A DNA stretch of 63,876 bases, filler included, from Octopus bimaculoides (Eukaryota), in the NCBI RefSeq assembly GCF_001194135.2. It is 4 parts of 4 records of this genome, joined end to end, with 100 filler letters (N's around TTAATTAATTAA, not from the genome) between each part and the next. Parts side by side here need not be neighbours in the genome. Positions count along the whole stretch, not along the records: positions 1 to 20,065 come from NC_068988.1; positions 20,166 to 35,452 come from NC_069003.1; 2 more parts are not named here. One strand, written 5' to 3'. The notes under the pieces were generated by a model. That model saw only the letters and a list, made by a program, of their open reading frames with translations, ran no database searches and had not been told where the DNA came from. The position numbers and the translations under genes were made by a program. Positions within the stretch are counted from its first letter, which is position 1. Each line of letters opens with the position of its first letter. Below, one piece after another: positions 14,252 to 24,599 of this stretch.

Positions 14252-14284
<33 letters not shown>

Positions 14285-14500
14285 ACTACTGCTGTTGCTT
14301 CTACTATCACTGCCACCAAATCTAAGACCAGACCAACAAATCTAACAGTCCACCACCACCACCAGCCCCACAACAACAACAACAGCAGCAGCTGCAGCTG
14401 CAGTAACAACAACCACAACATCATAATTTCCATGTCATCGTCGTCCGTACCCACCATCACCATTATGAATTCACATCATTATCATCATCATGGTTATCAC
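14105..14500. repeat. Compound trinucleotide array (CTA, CAC, CTG, CAA, CAT)
   Basis: Direct sequence; explains ORFs 14011..14463 and 14037..14285. Confidence 0.9.
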
Positions 14501-14876
14501 CGTCATTAGTCATTAGAAGCGCAATATGGGCCACATTTCCCCACCACCGACATCTAGCCACAACCAGCGCTACTTACAATTTCAAGTTTTGTTGTTGCTC
14601 AAGTAAGATCCATTGAAAATGAAGTTCAGCCTGATAGTTGAGACAAACTCTTGTAGCTTTTGTGAAATAAGTGCTTTTTGAAGTGGTTTCACCAATGACT
14701 AGATGCACTGCACGTGCCCTTGCGGTCTTCCTCTAATTTCCTTAACACTTGCCATAGGGCAATTAAAACAGTACGCGGCTCACCTTCATTATTTAACAAC
14801 ACAAAAGAGACTTAATCTGCTTGGAAGAGCGGCCAAATCACACCGGTGCAAAATATTTGGGGCTTTGATATATAAA

Positions 14877-15082
14877 AACAAGGCAGTGAGCTGGCAGAAA
14901 CATTAGCAGGTGAAATGATTAGCGGTATTTCGTATGTCTTTACGTTTTGAGTTCAAATTCCGCCGACGTCGATTTGTCTTTCATCCTTTCGAAGTCGATA
15001 AATTAAGTACCAGTTGGGTACTAGGGTCGATCTAATCGACTTCCCCACCACCAAATTTCGGGCCTTGTGCCTAGAGTAGAAA
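14877..15082 (+). mobile_element. tRNA-derived SINE (family B)
   Basis: gtgagctggcagaaacattagc...gagttcaaattccgcc...ttcatcctttc...ccttgtgcctagagtagaaa. Confidence 0.85.
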
Positions 15083-15899
15083 AGGATATTGTTGCTGCTT
15101 GTACTTGGTGTCTACAATTGTTGTGGAAATAATAGGGTGCCTGGTGAGGTGCGAGTTTTACCGTCGCAGATTTTATGATTTATTCTAGTGCAATAAACGA
15201 CGAGTCTATTTTCAGCATCTTTGATACTTGCGTTACTCTGGTAATCGTAGTGAGTGACTCGACAAGCAAACTCAAGGACTAACTCCCGTTGATATGCACT
15301 TCCTTTACTTGTCGGTACCCGTACAGGTTACTGCTGATTACTTTGATTTCCAATGTTCTTGATACCGCGGTGATCATGTTCCCATGTACTGAAAAAATCG
15401 CTCTCAGTTTGAATGATATTCTCCTCAACATTTTTACCTTCTGGAGTAATGGCTTCCTTGTTAAAATCTAGAGAAATTATGAAAAAGTAGACATCCCCAG
15501 CTAATCGAAAGATGGAGATTGCCAGTGGGGGACGTGTGTGTACGAGTGCATTGGAGCGAAACCAAATATACTGTGGACAACTGGGTTTAGCGATGGAGGA
15601 TTTTAGAACGCATTGGAATAATGTAAAATAAACAGAGATCTACCAAAGCACGGTGTAGAAGCAGTGTAGAAGCCACGATTTATCGCACTGAACTTTCAGG
15701 TATCACACAATTTCTGCAATTCCAAATATACAATCAGTGATATATTCCAAACCTCTTAGTGAGCAACTTTCCGAAAGTCGTTAATTTCATATTTTTATAG
15801 TGTTGTGGGCCTAAATGTTCTATAATATATTAATGTCCTTCTTTAGTACTATCACGAAGACATAAAGATCCACGACTGTAGTTTCATTACTCCCAGACT

Positions 15900-16620
15900 G
15901 CAGCCAATTGCAATGGACTACAGTGAAGACAGTAATTAAGAGGTTAGGAAAGGTACATTGGAAGGCATAAGGCTGACAATCGAGTTCTGCTTTACTATTC
16001 TTTTTCCACTTCTCACTCAGTTCCAGCTATTACTGTATCAACCAAATCAGCTTCCCGCGCAACACATTGCAAGTTTACCACAGACTGGAAGCAAAACGCT
16101 GAGTTTTACATCGATGCTCATAATTTCTAATATCTCACTGCTCGTGGATAGATTTTTTCCGAAAATTTTCTAGGAATATTATAGCACATTGTTGTCTCTT
16201 GTTGCAAGGCAGTGTCTTAGCAGACGAAGAGGTAGAGGCATTTCTTACGGCCCTGTTTGTCGCCATGAGCGATACCTTTCCTGTTCGCATCGAGCAATTT
16301 TTTTCTCTAATGCATTATTCCCTATTGCTGTAACTTTGCTAAAATTGACAAATTCTACTCTTATTTACCTTTCATGTGAGTTCAACCACTTAATATGAAC
16401 AAATGTGTACTCCCGATTCCCACTGAAATAATTCCGAAGTCCAGCCTCTGCAAACTTTCCATACCATGAGTATGATTCCATTACCTCAATCTCTATGTTC
16501 TAATCTTGCCAAATATGATGCAAATTTATAGTCTGTTTCTTCAATAGCATAAGTCTGCGAACAGGCTCATTGTCAAAGTCACCAGTAGTATATTTAGGAT
16601 CGGCAGGCTGTGACTGTCAA
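15900..16620 (-). mobile_element. Possible ancient LINE RT remnant
   Basis: Minus strand ctgttcgcagac (LFAD, near 16555) followed by a frame-broken RT-like stretch; weak. Confidence 0.3.
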
Positions 16621-17559
16621 AAGTGGAACTGTCGCAGCAGGCCCACAAGACATTTAAACCTATTGGTTATACTCTATCTACACGTCCGTGCATCTAAGGT
16701 GCTAATCCAATCGCACACAAAACTAATGGGTACGGCTTTCGTAGGAAATCTCCGCAAACAGTAATACAAATAGTAACCGAATTACACATGTAAAATTACA
16801 CAAATTTTAAGAAAAAGAACAATCTATTATATCGATTCAGCATTTGACTGCTACATTTATTAACACCAAGGAGACGTTTTAGTTCAGAACGTGAAGGGAT
16901 TAAGTAAATATTTATTATAAGAAGAATAGTAACATTAATAACGAATATTTTATAGTATAACAATTATAATATTACTAATAGTCACAATAATAAAAAGAAC
17001 GATAGCAAAAGAGAAATAGACAAAAGAAAGATACGTCTCCTGACCTCGGTAGACTTAGTCACCTAACCCATATTAACCCTGCACCCTTTAATTGACAACT
17101 GTCAAGTGGCATCTTAAAACCATCGTCAATGTATCGTAGCACAAAATCGGTTAATGGGAAGCTGGAGATGAATGTCTTAGTATTGTGTAGAGATGAGGAA
17201 ATGATACGTCACTGCACTTACAGTAGCTGTTTCTGTGTCACCTCACAGAAAGTACTTAGGAATTGCTTTGTCTTTCTTCGCCCTGGTTACAATGTATCTC
17301 CCGCCCACTAAACCATAGACCGTGAACTATAAAATGGTTTCAAGTTGAAGAGTCAAACTACCATGAAGTAATTCTACTTGGTAGAAATACCAGCTAATCT
17401 CCCTCAAGTCACATAATTTCAAGGGCTGAATAATAAACATATACGATTACACAAACCTAAATATCATCCTCTTTCAAAACGGGATTGTGTCATAAATGGA
17501 TAATTTGTTTTCTATTTCTATTACGTCACGTGGCCATACATGTAATATATACTTGTATA

Positions 17560-17850
17560 TGTCGAGGTTACGATAGTGAGGCTGCGAGTTCGATTCCCGG
17601 ATGGGGCTGCGTGTTATGTTCTTGAGCAAGACACTTTATTTCACGTTGCTCTAGTTCACTCGGCTGTAGAAATGAGTTGCAACGTCACTGATGTCAAGCT
17701 GTATTGACCCCTTTGCCTTTCCCTTGGATAACATTAGTGGCGTGGAGAGGGGACGCTGTTATGCATGGGCGACTGCTGGTCTTCCATAAACAACCTCTCT
17801 GGACTTGTACCTCGGAGGGTAACTTTCTAGGTGCAATCCCATGGTCATTT
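17560..17850 (+). mobile_element. tRNA-derived SINE (family E)
   Basis: gagttcgattccc B box, then gttcttgagcaagacactttatttcacgttgctc central domain shared with 62690-62750 (minus). Confidence 0.8.
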
Positions 17851-17996
17851 CTAGCAATGTAGGTTCTCCGGCATGCTTAGTCAAAGTGACGGTTAAACAT
17901 TTCTTTTATGATATCACATTACACCTGGCTGTTTATATTAATTTGCAGAACACACAAATAGACACATGCACACACACACACACACACATATGTATA

Positions 17997-18155
17997 TACG
18001 ACGGGCTTATTTCAGTTTACCTCTACCAAATCCACTCAGAAGGCTTTGGTCGGCCCGAGGCTATAATAGAAGACACTTGCCCAATAGTAGAAGACACTGA
18101 ACCCGGAAGCATATGGTCGGGAAGCAAACTTCTTACCACACAGCCACGCATGCGC
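17997..18155 (-). mobile_element. tRNA-derived SINE (family A)
   Basis: Minus strand gcgtggctgtgtggtaagaagtttgcttccc...ccgggttcagt...ttgggcaagtgtctt. Confidence 0.9.
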
Positions 18156-18604
18156 CTGAATCTCACATAGATCAAAACTTTTCCATGTGCGTACGCTAGC
18201 TGAAATTTAGTTTGTTTGGTCTAACTTAAATGTAATTGGCTCTAAGGGTTATTCTGTTCATAATCGATTAGACTTCAAAGAGTTGTAGCCGGAACGAACT
18301 TGTAATTAAATATCTTACGTGGTTTGTGCTGCAAATTGCAATAAGCAATATTTAAACATCATAGTTAAGCAAAGAATGAGGTTCTACATATTGATCATTT
18401 TGCAGTTCATATGAAATAATTTCTATCGAGACAAATTATTTATATGTTTATTAATACAGATTTATCTTCAACATTTCTGTTTTGTTTCCTCCCATTTTTT
18501 TTTTCTTTTTGCTTTCGTTCTCTTTCCGAAAAATAAAATTTTTACGTTTAGTGGAGTTCACATATCGATTGTCTGAAAATTCGTTTCAACAGGCATTTAA
18601 TTTG

Positions 18605-18645
<41 letters not shown>

Positions 18646-19429
18646 GTATGTATTTCTTGTCATCATTTCTGTTGCGTGTGGAAACTTGCTGGAAGAAGGT
18701 GGAGCTATCTTGCTGTCGCCTCAAGTGCCACTAGGCAAAATCAGAACCGAATGAATATCTATCTATCTNNNNNNNNNNNNNNNNNNNNNNNNNNNNNNNN
18801 NNNNNNNNNNNNNNNNNNNNNNNNNNNNNNNNNNNNNNNNNNNNNNNNNNNNNNNNNNNNNNNNNNNNNNNNNNNNNNNNNNNNNNNNNNNNNNNNNNNN
18901 NNNNNNNNNNNNNNNNNNNNNNNNNNNNNNNNNNNNNNNNNNNNNNNNNNNNNNNNNNNNNNNNNNNNNNNNNNNNNNNNNNNNNNNNNNNNNNNNNNNN
19001 NNNNNNNNNNNNNNNNNNNNNNNNNNNNNNNNNNNNNNNNNNNNNNNNNNNNNNNNNNNNNNNNNNNNNNNNNNNNNNNNNNNNNNNNNNNNNNNNNNNN
19101 NNNNNNNNNNNNNNNNNNNNNNNNNNNNNNNNNNNNNNNNNNNNNNNNNNNNNNNNNNNNNNNNNNNNNNNNNNNNNNNNNNNNNNNNNNNNNNNNNNNN
19201 NNNNNNNNNNNNNNNNNNNNNNNNNNNNNNNNNNNNNNNTATATATATGATTGTATATACATGGAAGGCAACAGCAAAGATACAATCAGACGCGAAATAT
19301 ATGCAGTAATAGAGATATAGAAGATATCGGATGGTCAAACTCCCATTTTGACGTAGCTATACCAAACATCGAACTGGCAGGCTTTGCATCTTACCAAAGA
19401 TCCCGTTTTCTCTGTCTAAAATATGGACA

Positions 19430-19580
19430 CAGTACTGTAACTGTTTAGGTTTCAAGGGCCGAGTACTTTTCAAAGTTCAGCTAAACAAACTCAGAGATCC
19501 GCGAGATGTGGATGTGGAGGTTTTCACAGAATGTTTAGACAAATGTTTTGTCGAAGATACTATATGTACTGTCATCGCGG
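19430..19580 (+). mobile_element. CR1-like LINE 3' end remnant
   Basis: GFKG...LRDPRDVDVEVFTECLDKCFVE resembles the CR1 ORF2 terminal FK..LD.FL motif. Confidence 0.45.
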
Positions 19581-20065
19581 TAGGAAATACGAAGAAGAGC
19601 ATCCTTGTTGAATTCATTCCTTCACGATAAACAATTCCGGAAAGAAAAACTGTCACACCAAAGGCGGTTTTTCTAGCATGGTCTCAATCTCTGGCTGAAA
19701 CCAGTGAACTAAAACATACATGTGTGTGCACGCGAGTGGGTGTGTGCGCGCGCGAGTGAGAGTGTGTATCGGTATGTGGCTCTGTGGTAAGAAGCGAGGC
19801 TTACTTCCTGTTTAGCGTTTGTCGGTTGGATTGTGGATTTTGAGTGTAACGCGCGTGTTTTTGGTTGTCTTGGCGGTGCAATGTTACTCCTCGTGTTTAG
19901 TGGAGAGACGCCGGATGAGGAGCTGTGAAAGCTTGAATTATTCAGGATTTGTGAACTGCCCTTGTTCGGACTTTTTGTGTCGTCTGGGGAGGAAATCTTG
20001 GAGTATTTGAAAATAATTGAAGAGAAAACGGAAGCAAGAAATTATGATGCAACGTCAGAACCTGT

Positions 20066-20165
20066 NNNNNNNNNNNNNNNNNNNNNNNNNNNNNNNNNNN
20101 NNNNNNNNNTTAATTAATTAANNNNNNNNNNNNNNNNNNNNNNNNNNNNNNNNNNNNNNNNNNNN
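20066..20165. other. Artificial scaffold spacer (44 N + TTAATTAATTAA + 44 N)
   Basis: Identical 100-bp structure at 35453-35552 and 53714-53813; the 12-mer has stops in all six frames. Confidence 0.95.
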
Positions 20166-20288
20166 ATATATATATATATATATATATATACTCATACACA
20201 CACACACACACACGCACATGTATGCATATGTATATACATACACGTATATTTCTCTTTTGAAAATTAGTATCCATTTCATCATTTTTTA

Positions 20289-20440
20289 TGGCATGGCTCT
20301 GTGGTAAGAAGTTTGCTTTCAAACCGCATAGTTCCGGTTTCAGTGCCATTGCGTTGTATTTGGGCAAGCGTATTCTACTATATATAGCCCCGGGTCGACC
20401 AAAGTCTTGTGAGTGGATTTGGCAGACGGAAACTGAAGAG
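20289..20440 (+). mobile_element. tRNA-derived SINE (family A)
   Basis: ggcatggctctgtggtaagaagtttgctttc...ttgggcaagcg...gtgagtggatttggcagacggaaactgaa. Confidence 0.85.
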
Positions 20441-20875
20441 GTTTCTTGGATGATGAGGGGAAATGAAAAATGGTGCTATATATGTTTTTATACTATGGAA
20501 ATAAGCGCGAGCTCAAATCACTTTAATGGGACTTGGAATTGCCATCATACTTTCGGTTTGCTGACAAATTAGTTCTGTTCAAGGTCCCCCGATAAAATAA
20601 GATTAAACCCAGAAGATTTTCCATAATATTTCCGTTCAGAATAATGCTAAAATGTAATGGTTTTAAGTACTATATTTCCGAAGAGAAACACAGATGTCTT
20701 TCCTAAAGAGGTCAAACTCTGTGAGAGATTTTCAGGAAATATTTTTACGTGGAATTTTTCTCAGAGCACCATCAAGGCTACCAAAGAAATCTGATCCTTG
20801 GAACTTAATTGCTGTTAAACTAATTGCTTCATTAATAGTAACTACTGCAATGGTGTGTGCGTGTGTGTGTGTGTT

Positions 20876-20923
<48 letters not shown>

Positions 20924-21249
20924 TGCGTGCGTGCGTGCGTGGTAGAGAGTACCAAATTGCAGCTCTTAAAGCTACCACGTGCGGCTCCCGAGATAATATT
21001 GGCTTTCATTACCATTTTCCGTAAAACATCTTTAACATCCTATAAGCCGAATTTTAAATTAAGTGCAAAAATGAAGACTCATTAAAAATTTTCAATAAGC
21101 AGAGATTATATATATAAAGGAAATAATAGAGTCAAAAGGTAGGGGGAGTACGATTCGACAGCTCTAATACGTTCTTAACGGAATACACCTCAATTATATA
21201 TATATATTTGTGTGTATGTGTGTGTGTGTGTATAGAAGGTTGAAAAGTA

Positions 21250-22420
21250 ACACATGAGTTGATATGTATAAGGAAAATAGGACAAGGTAGAAAATGCTAA
21301 GATAATTTTATCATGAAGAACATTTTAGTACCGGTTTCAGTCTTTGTGACCTTTTCAACTTAGAGTAAAACATGAAAAACAATTAAATTGTGGAAAAATT
21401 AAATGAAATATTTAAAAAAAATATTTCCATAGCTTTCAAATACATAGGACATTTTCTTTTTTTTTCTGTCTGTCTGTCTGTCTGTATCTCTCTCTCTCTC
21501 TTACTTTTGTGAAGGCTCGGTAGGTAGGTAGGTAGGTAGGTAGTAGCAGATCTGAAAGAATATTTAATATGAGGAATGTGGGTTCTTGGTTTTGATTGTT
21601 TAAATAGCAGTAGCCGAGGAAGGAGACGGTGAAGAAGAAGAAGAAGAAGAAGAAGAAGGAGAGGGAGTAGGAAAAGAAGAGAAAGAATTAGAAAAATACG
21701 GGAGTGGTATGACAGTAGTAGGTTGTTGGTAAAATGCTCTTAAATGGTCAAGTGACCTAAGTGACCTGTTGTGGTTATAGTAGTAGGGAGTGGAATTGTT
21801 CTGTTGTGAATATATCGTTTGTAATATTTGTATGGTTATTATTCTAAGGTCTTTATAGTAGTGTCCTCTGTGGTGGGGGTTTCAAAAGGAGTTTATATTT
21901 TGCGATAAAATATGACTCTTTGCTAATGCGCTGATTATAGATTGCATCGTCTCTGAATTTATAGAGAGGAAAAATTCTGAAGTTGGGTTGTTCGTTAGTG
22001 GCGCAAATGTTGATGTATTCGCTGAATGCTATTTTTCTGTATCCTCGAATTTTAATCTGGGATCTATGTATTGTCATCCTTTGGCGTAGATTGCTTTTGG
22101 TTTGGCCTATGTATTGCTCTCGACATCCTGAGCAAGTTAATACATATATTAGGTTTTCTGAAGCACATGTGAAATTGTTTTTCACCGTAAAACGTTGACC
22201 CTGTTTGAAGTAAAACTCCGATCCCTCAATTAGGTTGATGCATATGCCACAGTTATGTCTTCCGCATTTTGTTTATTGACAGCTTCAGTGTGGTTGTCGA
22301 ATGTACTTGGGCTTGTGTCAGGAGACTTTTCATAGATTTGGGTTGTCTTTTGATTCCTCAGACAAATACAGGAGTACGTCCTCATATATGAAACATCCCC
22401 AGTGCTAAATAGGAAATATA
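21250..22420 (-). mobile_element. Penelope-like element lineage A: GIY-YIG endonuclease plus 3' pseudo-LTR
   Basis: ORF 21853..22185: NLIYVLTCSGCREQYIGQT...QRMTIHRSQI...KESYFI (GIY-YIG with CxxC); homologous to 40832-41180. Confidence 0.9.
21322..21365 (-). ncRNA. Minimal type I hammerhead-like motif, U3-A8 core variant
   Basis: Minus strand: CTAAG-TTGAAAA-GGTC acaaa GACT-GAAAC-CG-GTA-CTAA; palindromic ACCGGT; weak stem I. Confidence 0.6.
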
Positions 22421-22439
22421 CGTAATAGGTAATCATACC

Positions 22440-23024
22440 CCCATACCTACAGTTTATATTTATATACAAGTAGAATAGTTAGTGGGCTGTTATGTAGATA
22501 TATGTATGTGTATGCGTGTATATATGTATACGTACATGTATGTGCACATGTGTATAGGTAAATGGATATGAATGTAAACAGATAGACATACAGACGGATA
22601 GGTACACAGGTAATATGAACAGACAGGCACACATACACATATACATACGCAAATGAAGACTGAAACACGTGATCATATACACACACTTCACTTCACAAAA
22701 GGACACATACGGAGACACACATCCATACATACAGACACAGTACATAGTCACAAATAACCATACACAGACACACTCAGACATGCAGACACATGCAAACACA
22801 TATATACACACACATGCAAACACACACACATAAAAACACACAAACACATGAACGTGCAGAATGCATACAAACAAATCTACANNNNNNNNNNATATACACA
22901 CACATGCAAACACACACACATAAAAACACACAAACACATGAACGTGCAGAATGCATACAAACAAATCTACATATATGCATACGTATATACATATGCACAC
23001 ACACATACATGCATACACACACAC

Positions 23025-23055
<31 letters not shown>

Positions 23056-23235
23056 CATACGTACATACATACATACATACATACATACATACATACATGT
23101 ATATGCGCACACACACTGACCCAAACAGATGCGCACAATCAAAAAGAACGCAGCTCGGATAACAGACAGAGTCAATGACTATTGAAAAGGTTGCAAGGCG
23201 CAACGAAAACCTTAGAAAAAATAAATAAGTAAATG
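22440..23235 (+). mobile_element. CA-rich module ending in a hammerhead-like motif (copy 1)
   Basis: Collinear homology with 39838-40575 over its whole length, including non-microsatellite segments. Confidence 0.8.
23178..23215 (+). ncRNA. Minimal hammerhead-like motif (U3-A8 variant), degenerate
   Basis: CTA-TTGAAAA-G-GTTGC aaggc GCAAC-GAAAAC-CT-TAG; stem I CTA/TAG. Confidence 0.5.
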
Positions 23236-23279
23236 AGTGGAAACTTTACCGATGAGTGTGTTAAATAATAAAGCACTAA

Positions 23280-23520
23280 AAGAGAACGACACAACAAAAT
23301 ATGTTTCAACGTAGGCTTGCCTCAATCCTTCAGGGGTAGTCTGAAGCATCCAAGCAACCAGGGGATGTTTAAATCTGGAGGCACTCCTGGGAATCACCTG
23401 TACGGGTACCGTCTTGGGTAGAGGGCATCCAGAGGCAGGTAATTTATTGTTTAAACCATAGTTTATAATTATATTTATGTGGAGAATGGAGCAATAAATA
23501 CAAGAAGAAGCAATTCTGTT
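23280..23520 (-). mobile_element. Possible Penelope pseudo-LTR fragment with decayed hammerhead-like motif
   Basis: Minus strand CTGAAGG-ATTGAGGC aa GCCTACGTT-GAAAC-ATAT at about 23297-23335. Confidence 0.35.
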
Positions 23521-24599
23521 GGGCTAGTTAGCCGTTGTTTTATTATGTGGAGGTTATGTAATGAGTCATTGTGGAGGTTGAGGTTATGTAGTGAGTCATT
23601 GTAGATGTTATGTAATAGTCATTTACGTACGTTNNNNNNNNNNNNNNNNNNNNNNNNNNNNNNNNNNNNNNNNNNNNNNNNNNNNNNNNNNNNNNNNNNN
23701 NNNNNNNNNNNNNNNNNNNNNNNNNNNNNNNNNNNNNNNNNNNNNNNNNNNNNNNNNNNNNNNNNNNNNNNNNNNNNNNNNNNNNNNNNNNNNNNNNNNN
23801 NNNNNNNNNNNNNNNNNNNNNNNNNNNNNNNNNNNNNNNNNNNNNNNNNNNNNNNNNNNNNNNNNNNNNNNNNNNNNNNNNNNNNNNNNNNNNNNNNNNN
23901 NNNNNNNNNNNNNNNNNNNNNNNNNNNNNNNNNNNNNNNNNNNNNNNNNNNNNNNNNNNNNNNNNNNNNNNNNNNNNNNNNNNNNNNNNNNNNNNNNNNN
24001 NNNNNNNNNNNNNNNNNNNNNNNNNNNNNNNNNNNNNNNNNNNNNNNNNNNNNNNNNNNNNNNNNNNNNNNNNNNNNNNNNNNNNNNNNNNNNNNNNNNN
24101 NNNNNNNATAATATAAATAATATATAAATATATGCATATATCCATACATATATGTACATACCTACATCTATATGTATACATACATGCATATATGGGTACA
24201 GGACATAAAAAAAAACGTTAAACACAATGAGAAACGAAAACATAAAAACGAAAACAGAAAACGAACTTTTTTTGAACAACGAAAAAAAAACAAACAAACA
24301 GAGAAATGAGACATGCAACATAAAGAGTATACCCCTTCGTCAGTTGTCCCTGTTCCATCTACTCCGCGTTTCAAAGGCACGGACAATACACCACTTCGTT
24401 GGAATAGTCCTTCACGCAAAGCAAATTAAATAAAATTTGGAATTTTTTGCGGAGGGTGAAAGTGTTAACAAGAACAGGTCTGTGAGAACAAGACAGTAAA
24501 AACAAACGGTGAGGGCTGTTGAGCCAAGACGATAGAAAATTATTATGAACGCTAGGTAGAAGTGCCATGAGAGAAGAGACAGAAAAAACACGTCGTTTC

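Noticed and set aside
22800-22975. Exact ~80-bp tandem duplication
   Set aside because: Identical copies flank a 10-N gap: unmerged contig overlap, an assembly artefact.
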